64,000 nucleotides of DNA from positions 3,722,001-3,786,000 of the forward strand of contig CM075996.1 in assembly GCA_038087875.1 (NCBI GenBank). Reading direction: 5' to 3'. Numbering within the stretch: the stretch's first letter is position 1; each line of letters begins with the position of its first letter. The translations under genes were made by a program, and so were the position numbers. The notes beneath the pieces are model-generated. The model saw nothing but the letters and a program-made list of their open reading frames with translations, was not told where the DNA came from and ran no database searches. Source of the DNA: Malacoraja senta (taxonomy: Eukaryota). Of this stretch, positions 1 through 13,384 are shown piece by piece.

Positions 1-441
1 GGACTTACCAGCAAGAGCGGGGTCCCTCGCCGGGGAGCTCCGACCGCCAGCCCTGCAGGCTGCGGTGCTTCCGGCTGCCGCGTGGCGGGGACTTTAAATC
101 TTCGACTGCGGCCTGCGGCCTACACCAACCTGAAGCCGCGGTCTCCGGTGGGGAGGCACCGATTCAGGACTTACCTGGACTTTTTACCTGGTCTACTCAT
201 CTGGACGCCTGCAGCGGCGGCTGCGGAGGGTTGGGGTCCCCGACCACGGGGGAAAATGGAGGAGGACTGGCCAAATGTTGTGCCTTCCACCACAGTGATG
301 AATGCTGTGGTGGATGTTGGTGTTCAAATTTGATTGTGTTTTTGTGTGTTCTTTCTCATTGTACCGCCGCTGGCAAATTCATTTCACTTGCACTTTATGT
401 GCAGTGTGATGAATAAAACTGATTGATTGATTGATTGATTG
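1..441 (+). mobile_element. GC-rich SINE-like retroposon with shared hairpin core (related: 23205-23391, 30796-31095, 36773-37290 on -)
   Basis: Shared ggactgg..tgtgccttcc..cacagtg..tgtg..ggatg segment; ends aataaa + (GATT)n. Confidence 0.6.
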
Positions 442-1102
442 CACCTTTGTGCGTTCCTGCGTGTTGGAATTGCCGTACCTGGCCACGAGTCTAGCTCAGT
501 CAGGGTGCTTTCTGCAGCGCATCTGTAAGTGTTAGCGTATATATTTGGCAAGAGACAGCGCTTCAAATTTACAGAAAGCATGATGATGGGGGAGGGGGAC
601 TTCAATCACTCAGCCAACTCTACATCCCGAGAGGGCAGCTGTCTACAGACCCTGCTCCTTGTAATTCTCTTGATTGCACTCACGCAGCCTCTCGCAATGC
701 ACCTCTGGTTTAACACAGAAACGCAGATCTAACTCTTGGCACTCATTGCTAAGTGGGGCACCGATTTTAAGTCCCAGTCGCTGATGCAATTGTTCCGTTT
801 ATATCTTGTGCTCTTCAATTATTTTTTATCGTTTGATCCTGATTCTCAGCACCAGAGCCAGCTTGCTGCCCAAGAAACTCATCAACAAGTTTATGTAACT
901 CTCAGTCTGAAGAAGGGTCTCGACCTGAAACGTCACCCAGTCCTTCTCTCCAGAGATGCTGCCTGTCCCGCTGAGATACTCCAGCACTTTTGTGTCTATC
1001 TTTGGTGTAAATCAGCATCTGCACTTCCTTCCTACGCAATGTACAGTTTATTTGGGGGGGGAGGCAAAAAAAAGCACATTATTGCATATTGTGCATCATG
1101 TC

Positions 1103-1636
1103 TGAGGAAGGACATTATAGCCATAGAGGGAGTGCAGAGAAGGTTCACCAGACTGAGTCCTGGGATGTCAGGACTTTCATATGAAGAAAGACTGGATAGA
1201 CTTGGCTTATACTCGCTAGAATTTAGGAGGTTGAGAGGGGATCTTATAGAAACGTACAAAATTCTTGTGGGGTTGGACAGGCTAGATGCAGGAAGATTGT
1301 TCCCGATGTTGGGGAAGTCCAGGACAAGGGGTCACAGCTTAAGGATAAGGGGGAAATGCTTTAAGACCGAGATGAGGAAAAACTTTTTCACACAGAGAGT
1401 GGTGAATCTCTGGAACTCTCTGCCACAGAGGGTAGTCGAGGCCAGTTCATTGGCTATATTTAAGAGGGAGTTAGATGTGGCCCTTGTGGCTAAGGGGATC
1501 AGGGGGTATGGAGAGAAGGCAGGTACGGGATACTGAGTTGGATGATCAGCCATGATCATATTGAATGGCGGTGCAGGCTCGAAGGGCCGAATGGCCTACT
1601 CCTGCACCTATTTTCTATGTATCTATGTATCTATGT
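1103..1636 (+). mobile_element. CR1/HER1-type LINE 3' fragment
   Basis: YEERLDRLGLYSLEFRRLRGDLIETYKIL...RTRGHSL...VVNLWNSLP, CR1 3' UTR and (CTATGTAT)n tail. Confidence 0.92.
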
Positions 1637-3779
1637 CTGTGCTTACCTATAATAAAGGAAAATATTCGCACCACCGCAATACATTATTGTAGCGAAGATA
1701 GACACAAGGTGCGAGAGTAACTCAGTGGGACAGGCAGCATCTCTGGTGAGATGAATGGGTGACGTTTCAGGTCGAGACCTTCAGCAATGGAATAGACTTA
1801 ATTTTAGCAACTCATCACACAATAGAGCAACTCACTGAGGTTGTACCTTACACCAAGGCAATATACTGCCATTGTAAAGGCAGTGTGCTATTACAATGTC
1901 TGCTATTATAATACTAGATACTGCAGCCATAGGGGCCATCGAGACAATGGTCACCGTGCTAAAGGAATATATTGAGCCTATGCAACAAATGGAGTACTAT
2001 AAGGGAAGCTACTAAGGTTGCATGTTATGTACAAGTAACATTATTGCAATAGTTGGTTTGGGGCATCGTAAGAGCAAGTTCAGGTTATAATGAATCAAAG
2101 TCTGAAAGAGACACACAGGCACTGTAGTAAAGGGAGGTACTGAGGCATTGCACAAGACATTACTGGAGTAATGCACCAAGTGGAGGGCACACCGTGCAAT
2201 ATAGCCATACATCAGCAGAATGAGTATGTACACATTAGGGAGTGATTTAGCGATCCAATGTGACACTTTGAACATTTCTTGAGTGCCCTGGGCACGACAC
2301 TTATCAAAGAATGGAAACTGGTTTGATGACAATAAATTGGCGTATGAAGGAATCGTCTGGGAATATAAGAGTATCAGCCGAAGAAATTGCAAGAGTTAAA
2401 ACAATTATATTCAGATGTCTCCAGAATAACCTGAATCCTCCGATTCTTCAACCTCACTACTGTCATTGCCTTGAGCACAAATCCACTTGCTTCCACTCAC
2501 ATCTATCCCCCCAATTTTGAATGTCCAGTTATCCCCAAGACCCTAATTCCCTAATCTCTCACCCATGTCCCAGTTCAAGCACTTACTCTCCCTAAATAAC
2601 AGTTTCCCAGTGTTATTTCAGTGCCCTGTCACTTTAATTTCATGTTTCATGTATTTTATGACGGTTGGCAGATCAATTTCCCTCATGGGATAGAGTTCTA
2701 TCGTATCGTTTCGTAATTGCCACTTCAAGACTCGTTCTCAGGAGCATTTCCCTCATCAGCCTGCATTCCCCGAATATCCTTGACCCAAATTCTCCATTTG
2801 CCCACATTCCACCAGCCTCAGTTCCACTTGTGCCACTTCAACTCTCTCCCAACCCCATGGTCCCTTCCTCACCGCAACTGCTCACGTAACTCCTGCCCTG
2901 ACTGCCAACTCCACTCAAACTCGCTCCCCATTCTTCACTCACCCCCCTCCCATATCCCGTTCCCCATCTCTCCTCCCCATCCCCAATCTGTATTTGATCT
3001 CTTTCACCATCGCTCCCAATCTCCCAACCTTGTCCCCCACGTGCCCCCACATGCTGAGGATATATTCCTGATGTCCCAATCTATCTTGATCCAGCCTTTG
3101 CACTTCTTTTCTACCTGCACATTCTCTGTAGTTGTAACACTGTATTCTGCACTCTATTTACTTTCTCTTTTGCTCTACCTCATGTATTCATGTATCATCT
3201 TATAATCTACATGCAATGTTGTATGGACAGCATGCAAAACAAAGTTTCTCACTATGTCTCAGTACGCATGACGATCATTAACCAACACCACTCCACTCTC
3301 CAGATATTAACACATTTCCTCAATTACCCTCTCCTCATTCCCAAACCAACTCCTGCACAGAACCCATTGTTACAATTCTCTGGTCATCATCTTCATAAGT
3401 CATGGGATCAGAGTTTGGCCATTTGCCCCATCAAGCCCACTCCCCCATTCAATCATAGCTTGTTCAAGAAAGAACTGCAGATGCTGGAGAATCGAAGTTA
3501 GACAAAATTGCAGGAGAAACTCAGCATCCATGGAGCGAAGGAAATAGGCAATGTTTCGGGCCGAAACCCTTCTTCATAGCTGATCTACCTTTGCCTCTCA
3601 ACCCCATTCCCCTGCCTTCTCCCCATAACCGCTGACAACCTCTCTAATCAAGGCCAACCCCAGCCCTCTCTCTCTCTCTTTTTTTTTTTTTTTTTTTTCT
3701 TTTTCAAAAACTTTATTCAACACACTCAATAATACATCACATCAATACATAAACAAAAGAATCATTATATCAAACCACA

Positions 3780-6700
3780 TCATTCTAGTACAACATTACA
3801 TTCATTATTTATTATACTCTCAACCCCACGCGGTGACCATCGCCCACGGAAGGCCTCCAGAGTCCCCGTGGACACCGCATATTCCCGCTCCAGGGACACC
3901 CGTGCACGGACGTACGCCCGGAAGAGGGGCAGGCAGCCAACTCTCGCCTCACCATCGACCGCCCGCTGCCTGGACCCACAAATGGCCATCTTAACCAGGC
4001 CCAGGAGCAAACCGACAGGGAGGTCCCAACCCCCCACTTGACTCTCCCCACACCCTACTTTATGCCCACACACTAGAATCGTGGGACTAAAATGCAACCA
4101 AAACTTAAGGAACAACCCCTTCAGATATTGGTACAGGGGCAGTAACCTCTCACACTCCATGTATACGTGGAACACAGTTTCTTCCTCGCCACAGAAAATA
4201 CACGCGGCGGACGAACCCGTGAACCGACTCAAAAGTTTATTACAAACCACCGCTCCATGCAACAGTCTCCACCCCAGGTCCCCAATGTAAAGGGGGACAA
4301 CTCCCGTATAGAAGGACCCCCACCAGGGACCCCCCCCACCATCAGGTGTGTCAGGACGGGAAACAAAGGCAAGGAGGTGCAGAATGTGCAGGAACATCCT
4401 ATACAATGTGCGTCTCTTCGCATCACGAAACGGTATGCTGATCATCTCAGAAAGGCGGCTCAGGTTGTGTGGAGCCGGTTCCCGAGATATATCCCAGAGC
4501 CTTGGCCCGATGAGCAGATCTGATGGAGCAATTGAAAGCTCAGCCAGAACCACTCTAGGCACTCGCCTCTCCTCGACACCCGCCATGACTGGGCGAGGAC
4601 CGGCCACTCCCGCAGCCGCACCATCCCCCTCCCCTCGTAGAACAACACGCTGACTAAAAACAACCAAATTCCTCACTCTGATCACATCCCGGTAGAAAAC
4701 AGGCAAACCCCTTAGGGCGGGTCTACTGATGCCCGCCACCGGGAGCCGCGAGACCCCCCCTAGGCAACGACCACGACGAAAAAAATACGTGGCCAGAGCG
4801 TGCCATCTGGGGGGATTCTCTACATACATATACCTCCGCAGAGTCCTGAGACGGAGAGCCGCCACCTGGGTACGCACGCATAGCAAGGACTGGCCGCCCT
4901 CCTCTAACGGGAGACTCAGGACCGCTGCAGAGACCCAGTGCTTCCTATTCCCCCAGAAGAAATCTACCAGCTTCTTCTGAAGAGCATTTACAAATATGGA
5001 AGGTGGGACAAGAGTAGCCAGCTGGTACCATAACATAGAGGCCACCAGCTGGTTTATGACCAGCACCCTCCCCCGGAAAGAAAGAACTCCAAGCAGGCCC
5101 GACCAGCGCCCCAGCCGGGCAACCACCTTCGTCTCCAACTCCTGCCAGTTCGCCGGCCAAGCATCCTCAGTGAGACTCAGGTAAACCCCCAGATAGAGGA
5201 GATGTGTAGTGCTCCACACATACCTTGCCATCTCCTCCGGCAGGGAATCCACCTGCCACTGACCCACTAAAAGACCAGAACACTTACTCCAGTTAATCCT
5301 TGCAGAAGATGCAGCTGAGAAAATCTCCTGGCAGTCACGCATCCTCCGCAGGTCACCAGGATCAGTGAACGTAAGGAGAACATCATCTGCATACGCTGAA
5401 AGAACCACCTCCAACCCCGGCCCAGGTAGGGCCAGGCCTGTCAACCTCCTCCGAAGAAGACACAGGAACGGCTCCACACAGACCGAGTACAACTGACCCG
5501 ACATGGGGCACCCCTGACGGACCCCCCTCCCAAACTGAAAGGGAGCCAACAACGCACCATTAACCTTCACCAGGCACTCCGCTGCAGCGTACAAAAGCCG
5601 GACCCGGGCCACAAAATGCGGTCCAAATCCAAACGCTTGCAACGTCCCGAATAGGTAATCATGCTCTACCCTATCAAAAGCCTTCTCCTGATCAAGAGAC
5701 AGAAAAGCAGCTGACTGACCAGTACCCTGAACTATATGAATCAGGTCCCTAACCAGGTGGATGTTATCCTGAATGGACCTGCCAGGGACTGTATAGGACT
5801 GGTCAGGATGAATCATTTGAGACAGCACAGGGCCCAGGCGATTTGCCATTGCCCATGCAAATACTTTATACTCTGTACATAGGAGAGATACCGGCCTCCA
5901 GTTCTTCAACACGCGGAGTTCGCCCTTCTTGGGCAGCAAGACAACAACTGCCCTACGCCACGATAGGGGCATCGCCCCGGCCGCCAAACTCTCCCCCAGC
6001 ACCAACATGTAATCACCCCCCAGGATCTCCCAGAAAGCTCTGACAAACTCCACCGTCAACCCATCCACCCCGGTGGACTTACCCTTCCTGAGCTGAAACA
6101 ATGCACAAGTCACCTCCTCCAAAGATAAGGGGCCATCAAGAAGATCGGCCACCTCCCTATCAATAGTCGGTAGACCCTCCCACAATTCCTTCTGAGCCTC
6201 CCCGTTATACCCCCCTGCGGAGAACAGGGACCCATAAAAGGACCTGACCTCGTCACTGATCCTCTCCGGATCAGTGACTGAGGATCCATCATCTGCGAGC
6301 AGCTCTACGAGCTGCTTGCAGGCTCCCCTCCCTTTCTCCAGCGAGAAAAAGAAAGGCGAAGCTCGGTCCAGATCTTGCATCATCTGGACCCGCGCCCTCA
6401 CGAAAGCGCCTCGGGACCGCTCAAGCAGCAGATTCCTCAAGGCTTCCTTCTTCTCCTGAAACTCTCCCCCATTCACAGGAGTCCTCACCATCCCGACCCA
6501 GGCGAGACTCTGCACCCAGTAGCTCCCTCTCAAGCCTCGCGACCGCTGAGTCCCTCCGTCCTGTCGACCCCCACGTATACTCCTTACAAAATAGACGAAT
6601 GTGAGCCTTCCCCACATCCCACCACTGCCTAAGGGAAGAGAAGCACCTCCGCCCCTCTCTCCACTTCCCCCCAAAACCTACTGAATGACTCCCGGAAACA

Positions 6701-7470
6701 CCGATCCTCCAGCAACCGGTTGTTAAAGTGCCAGTACGCGGACCCAGCCCTAGCGCGCGCCGGATTAAAGTCCACACGCACCAGACAGTGATCCGAGCAT
6801 GGCACCACCCGCATTGAAGCCTCTGAGACACGGGCAACAAACGCTCGGGAAATATATATTCTGTCAATACGGGAACCACCACCCTCATACCTCCGCGAAA
6901 AAGCATTGGAATCCGGATGGAGGTTCCGCCACGCATCAACCAACTCAAAGGATTCAATCATCCCTCTCAACTTCTTCGCTACAGCAGGGGCACACTGAGT
7001 ACCAGAACGATCTCCCGCCTCAAGTGTGCAATTAAAGTCCCCACCAAGGAAAACACACTCTCCCCTATCAATAGTGCTCAACAGAGCAGTCACCTCCTGA
7101 ATTAGGCCAGCCTGCATCGTACCGGAGCTAGGGGCATACACGTTAATGAAATGCAACGGCATGCCATCCAAGCTCACTGCCAGATGGAGCAAACGTCCTG
7201 GCACAACTTCATTCACTTTTAAAATCGTTGGCAGAAAATTCTGGGCCAACAGAAAGGCCACCCCACTCGAATTTGAGCTGAGATGGCTCATGTAAACCCC
7301 CCCTTCCCACTCCAGTCTCCAGGTAGGTTCATCACTAACAACTGTGTGCGTCTCCTGCAGAAAACACACTGCAAATCTCCCCCTCTTTAAGGCCTGATAA
7401 AAGCTGAAATCTACGAAAACTCGATCTACTCCCGTTTAAGTTTAATGTTGCGACGGTGAATGTAAAGGCC
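3780..7470 (-). pseudogene. Tx1 ORF2: AP endonuclease + reverse transcriptase + C-terminal Cys/His motif, interrupted by frameshifts near 6450-6670
   Basis: EN motifs TVATLNLNG, FLQETH, GGDFN, SRIDRIY, SDH (6629-7470); RT motifs KNWRPVSLL, SLDQEKAFDRV, GVRQGCPMS, YADD, YLGV and CIFCGEEETVFHVYMEC (3780-6674). Confidence 0.92.
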
Positions 7471-7499
7471 CACTTTATTAAACCCCCTCAGTCCCCATA

Positions 7500-9900
7500 G
7501 ACACAACAAATTTCTCTCTGAGTAACACCAAAAAGTCCCCAAACTGCCCCACCTCTAAGTCAGTAAGATCACTCTCCTGCTGCCAAGAATATCCTCGAGA
7601 GTCGGAATCAAACCAGGCAGATCATCCCACCGCCTACTAGCAGCATCCAATCTTGTTCTTGCGGAGCGGCTTGTTCTGAGAAACTCTCGAACCACCTTTA
7701 TCTCACAATCAAGAGCCTCGGCCTTGGAGTCTGGGCACTCGGCCAACGCACTTGCACCTGCACCATCAGACTCCACATCACAAACGTTCAAGGGCTCTTT
7801 CTGTAACTGAACGCCCAGAGCTCTCCAAAAGCTCTCCACCCCCCACTACCCAAACTTTCCGATTCACCCTCCCCCTCTTCCTGCAAGACACCACCCCCCA
7901 GGATCACTGCCAGGTAAGGGCCCCGAAACCCCCACACTGCAACAAGCATCCCCCTGACTGGCTTGGCCCCTGCACGCTACCCTCACCCTCCACGCCTTGG
8001 CCTGGGGAAGCAAAAACACTAGGCTCCCCCAGGGCCTGGGATACACTGACACCCCCTTGAAACTAAAGGGACATCACCACCCAAACTATCCCCGACCTCC
8101 ACAACACCTCTAGCATCCCCACCACTAGCAACACCCAGAGGCTCGCCTCTTTCTTTTAGCCTCTCCCCTTCCACCTCATCCGGCGATGCAGCACACCCCC
8201 CATTACCACCACTGGCACTGATGTGCAGCATAGACTGGAACACCACAGCCCCCGAACCACCCCCCTCAGGCTGACTCTGCTCATCCTCCATCTCAGGGGC
8301 CCCCCTACCAGGGGCACATACCCCATCCTCTGGCGTTCCATCACCCTCAAGAGGCCTCTGAAACGAGGGGACCCTCCTCCGACCCAGAGGACACCCCCCC
8401 AGGGGAGCTCACCTCACCACCCCGATGAGATAACTCCATCGGAGGACGCCTGAAATGAAGGGACAGCCACCCGCTCAGAGGACACAACTCCAGCGGAATC
8501 AACCCCCTCACCTGCCCTAATTTTCGCCTCACGCCCTTCCTCTTCCTCGCCAGGCCTATTCCTTTTCACCCCCACTAGCATGCGGCAGTACGGTGACCTC
8601 CATAAAGGAAGGGTCTTCCACCCCCTCCCTACCCCCATCCACTATACCCCCCCGCACCCTTTACCAACCCTTCCCCCGTCTGAGCGATCTCATCGCCTTG
8701 CTGGGCCACATCAAGCACACTCTGGACCTCACTAGAACTAACACGCATATGTTTACTCTCCGGATGGCCCTTTCCCCTTCTTCTTCCTCCCCTTCTTCAC
8801 TCCCACTTCCCCCTCCCCGTCTTCATCCTCCCCCTCTCCACCCTCTCCCTCCCCCCTCACCATTAGCCACCACCACCTCCACAGTCTCAGGACGCAGGGG
8901 CCTGAGGCCTTCCCCGCCCCGGGTCCCCAAGGCAGAACTTTCAGACCCAGATGGCCTATCACTTCCGCCCCGGATCCCCGAGGTAGAGCTAGCCGCCCTA
9001 GCCAGGTCAGCAGTGCCGCCCCGCGCCACCGAGGCATGATGTACCACCCCGGATGGCCAGCATTGCAATCCTGGGCCACTACGCTAGAACTTCTAGCAAT
9101 GCCCCTGCGAGAAAGACACTCGTTACGGAAATGTCCATATGCTCCACACTCATGACACCGTGCCTTCCCCCAACTCCAATACACGGTTCTATAGAGACCC
9201 CTGACAATCCACCTCAAAGCTCCCCCTCCTCGCCTTCACCCTCACCCACCTTCATGAACACCCTCCTCTTAAAACTCAAGATCCCTCTTTCCTCCGGGTC
9301 CCCCCCCGAGGTGCCTGAGCCTAAAGCACTTAGACCTCACCTCCCCAATCGTAGACAGGTGTGGCATAAGTGCAGCATCCCCGAAATAAATGTGGGGCAA
9401 CTCCGCAGGAGAACCGGTCTCACCCTCGATAACCACGGATCCACCTGTAATTGGATCCCCCCCACTGATATCCCCCTCTCCAACGCCATTTTCACACCCT
9501 CCTCGGTCTTCAAAATCATCTCCACCTTGCCTCTTACAAGCTCGGAAGAGACAACAGCCCGCCCCCCAATAAGGTCATTCACGGCCTTGGTAATTGCACC
9601 CCTAGACATCTGGGGCCCAGTTTGGACCGAGATACCAAACTTGCCCCAATTCAAGTTCACATAAGGCTCATGCTCCACTGTCCTCGCATCCGTCTCTGAT
9701 GCCGCCACTGCGTAGCTCCCGGTTCTTCGGCCTCGCCCCAGCCTTCCGCCATCCTGACAGAGGCACAACCAGCTCCAATCGCCCCGGCAGCTCAGCTCCA
9801 CGTTAACCTCCTGCAAACAGTCACAGTCAACAAGTAGCAGAACTCTGAAGCCTCCAGCTACAGCCAGAAAATCCCCAAAGACGTCCACAGCCGACAGCAG
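7500..9900 (-). pseudogene. Tx1 ORF1 (gag-like), fragmented
   Basis: Frames 9337-9888 and 8753-9217; zinc knuckle CHECGAYGHFRNEC; low-complexity G/E/R-rich linker; lies upstream of ORF2. Boundaries approximate. Confidence 0.7.
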
Positions 9901-10236
9901 CTTTTGGGAAGCTCTAGCCCATTCTTTCCGGACTCAACAGTACCATCTTCACATTAAACCCGGCATCCGCCGGAGCAAAATGCCTTTTTTTTCCGTTCCC
10001 TCTAACACCATCCACTCTTGGCAGTCCCGCCAACGACAACCGCACCCTCGACAATGGAAAAATATCTCCGGAATGTCCGCACTTGTGGAGAATTCCTAGA
10101 GCAGAGAAAAGTTTCACCAGTCCAACAATAAGTTAGACCATGAAGCCCCTCTGCCTCTGTTCCTTCCCCATCGACAACGTCCTTGAAAAGCTGTTTGAAT
10201 CCTTCTCAACTGCAGAGCTGAAAAAAACACAGCCAG

Positions 10237-10237
<1 letters not shown>

Positions 10238-10324
<87 letters not shown>
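10238..10324. repeat. (TC)n microsatellite
   Basis: Direct observation. Confidence 0.98.
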
Positions 10325-10326
<2 letters not shown>

Positions 10327-12387
10327 ATCAACCACAGTGAGCTCTCTCTCAACCCCATTCCTTAGTCACCCTTTCTCACCGTACCCTCGTGAGCCCCAGT
10401 TCTGGGGTTCTTCCCGAGTTATGAGCCTGACTCTTCCTCATCGCTGCTCCTCTCAATACATGACTCCTTAATCCAGCAGCAGAACACTAGCAACTGGCCA
10501 CATATCCTCTCCTGCAACCACTGGGGATTCACCAGATTTGTCTTGAGACACATTCAGTGTGGTACATTCTTGCCTGCAGCAGCATCACAGGCACTGTACA
10601 CTCAGACAAGCTCACACAAAAATAATTGTACATCAATTCTGCAAGACAGTAAAACGACTGTAATAAAACAAGAAATGAGTGCAAAATCACAATTGGAAGC
10701 AACAAAACTAGTCCAAGGACTACGATGAAGATCGACACAAAGTGCTGGAGTAACTTGGCGGGTCAGGCAGCATCTCTGGAGTAAAGGAATAGGTGACGTT
10801 ACGGGTCGAGACTCTTCTTCATACTGGAGTCAGGCCATGGAGTACAACACTTCCTCCTTTACATCTTCATTCCCATATTCTTGATCTTCTAAGAACTTCC
10901 AACTTCCTTGTGCTGTTCACTTCACTTTCGCCACTGTCTTTGGAATACAGTTCCAAATGACCTTGAGAGAAAAATATATCGTCTCACCTCTGTCTCTTCC
11001 CCATGCTGCCTTCGGCTGCTGCATATTATCGCTGTGCCTGGTGTGACTAGCAAGTAAATTAGGGCCTGACACCTTCCCAGCAGAGTTTTATGACCGGCTC
11101 CCATGTGTCCACGGTCAGGCAGAACTACAAGAGAGGAACTCTTGGGCACAGAGCTCCTTTAATAATCTTCCAAAAAGTTGATTTTTCAGAATCTGTCTTC
11201 ACCAGTATTTGTTGGTGAGATTGTGACTTGCTGGGCCATTTTGATGCCAATCACCCTGGTTGATCGAGGGTCATGTGAAGGCTGTGTTGGATAAGGACTG
11301 CAGCTTGCTTCACTGAAGAATTCAGGCGTTTGACTTCGATACTAATGACTGCTTAGCATTCCAGGCTATTTATCTTGATTTGAATTCCACAGCTGCCGTT
11401 ATGGGATTTGAACTCAGATATCAATGCAGGACCTCTTGATCACTAAACCTCAGAGCCTCACGAATTAAACGACGTTCCTTTAGGAAGGAGATGAGGAGGA
11501 ATTTCTTTAGTCAGAGGGTGGTGAATCTATGGAATTCATTGCCACAGAAGGCTGTGGAGGCCACGTCAATGGGTGTGTTTAAGACAGGGATAGATAGATT
11601 TTTGATTTGTACGGGAGTCAGGGGTTACGGGGAGAAGGCAGGAGAATGGGGTTAGGAGGGAGAGATGGATCAGCCATGATTGAATGGCAGAGTAGACATG
11701 ATGGGCCGAATGGCCTAATTCTGCTCCTGTCACTTATGAACATAAACTCAACCACTGTCCTACCTCAAGAACACCTGATGTGAGGTTATGATGCAAGTGT
11801 ACCCGGGTGCAGGTTGCACCTCCCAGGAGGTTGAAGAAGGGGTTTTAATCGCAGAGTACAGGAGATAGTTCCACAACACATATCTTCATCAAGCACACCA
11901 TCGTTCATTTTTATGCATAAGGTGCGTTTGCTTGAGTTGATGCAGTTTAATACAATTATATTAAACATGCCCTTCCAAATCAGTCACCGGAACTGAACCA
12001 TTTAGGCCTTTAGTTCAATATCCTGCCGTCTTTGTTGGCTATGTACCAAGATGTCTTTCCATTTCATTCGATGACATTGGAAAACCATTCACAGAATCCA
12101 CCTATTCATTCCTGGATCTGTATTTATTCTCTTTTTCCCTCCGTAACAGTGCCAACATCAATATCTTAATTGCATCAAAGAGTCTAATTCCATTTTTTTG
12201 TGGCATAACGATGCCTGGATTTGATTCATGTGGAACATTATCTCATTCAGCTAAAGCGCACGGCAAACTCACCCTCTAGAAACCGATGTTACCATCTGCA
12301 CTGGTTATTAAAATAAAGGCAGCAAGGTTAACGTCTTGGTAAATTGCCAGTTGAATTTCAACAGAAGAGCTCTTCGAAAGAATTTAC

Positions 12388-13384
12388 ATAGATACATAGA
12401 AAATAGGTGCAGGAATAGGCCATTTGGCCCTTTGAGCCAGCACCGCCATTCAATGTGATCATGGCTGATCATCCCCAATCAGTACCCCTTTCCTGCCTTC
12501 TCCCCATATCCCTTGATTCCGCTGGCACTAAGAGCTCTATCTAACTCTCTTTTGAATGCATCCAGTGAATCGGCCTCCACTGCCTTTTGAGGCAGAGAAT
12601 TCCACAAATTCACAACTCACTGGGTGAAAACGTTTTTCCTCATCTCAGTTCTAAATGGCCTACCCCTTATTCTTAAACTGGTCCCTGGTTCTGGACTCCC
12701 CCAACATCGGAAACATGTTTCCTGCATCTAGCGTGTCCAATCCCTTATTAATTTAATATGTTTCTATAAGATCCCTCTAATCCTTCTAAATTCCAGTGAA
12801 TACAAGCCCTGTCGTTCCATTGTTTCATTATATGTCAGTCCCGCCATCCCGGGAATTAACCAGGTGAACCTACGCTGCACTCCCTCAATAGCAAGAATTC
12901 CTCAAATTACGAGAACAAAACTGCACACAATACTCCAGGTGTGGTCTCACCAGGACCCTGTCCAACTGCAGAAGGACCTCTTTGCTCCTATACTCAAATC
13001 TTCTCGTTATGAAGGCCAACATGCCATTAGCTTTCTTCACTGCCTGCTGTACCTGCATGCTTACTTTCAGTGATTACCAAGGACACCCAGGTCTCGTTGC
13101 TCTTCCCCTTTTGAGATGAGGAACCAAGATGAGGGAAAACTTTTTCACCCCGATAGTTGTGAGTCTGTGGAATTCTCTGCCACAGAAGGCAGTGGAGGTC
13201 AATTCACTGGATGTTTTCAAGAGAGAGTTAGATTTAGCTCTTAGGGCTAACGGAATCAAGGGATATGGGGAGAAAGCAGGAACGGGGTACTGATTTTGAA
13301 TGATCAGCCATGATCATATCGAATGGCGGTGCTGGCTCGAAGGGCCGAATGGCCTACTCCTGCGCCTATTTTCTATGTTTCTAT
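12388..13384. mobile_element. Two CR1 3' fragments joined head-to-head (- 12388-13110, + 13112-13384)
   Basis: Minus-strand tail atagatacatagaaaataggtgcagg at left, plus-strand tail ctattttctatgtttcta at right. Confidence 0.85.

Larger units (their letters stand above)
3679..10232 (-). mobile_element. Near full-length, frameshifted Tx1-group (L1 clade) non-LTR retrotransposon inserted in a (TC)n tract
   Basis: Minus-strand poly(A) (T-run 3679-3704) with AATAAA (tttatt 3712-3717); ORF2 with APE + RT; broken ORF1 with CCHC knuckle; (TC)n on both flanks (3666-3678, 10238-10324). Confidence 0.9.

Noticed and set aside
255..320. HDV-like ribozyme in the hairpin-core SINE
   Set aside because: I could not build P1/P2/P3 pseudoknot pairings; only a simple hairpin is supported.
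736..1536. 266-aa ORF as a gene
   Set aside because: Chance fusion of unique DNA, a Penelope pLTR piece and a CR1 ORF2 C-terminus; starts at a non-ATG codon.
3780..6674. Intact active retrotransposon or domesticated 964-aa gene
   Set aside because: The endonuclease is in a different frame, the ORF's N-terminus is out-of-frame sequence, and ORF1 is broken.
10114..10340. ER/SL-repeat proteins
   Set aside because: Translations of the (TC)n microsatellite.
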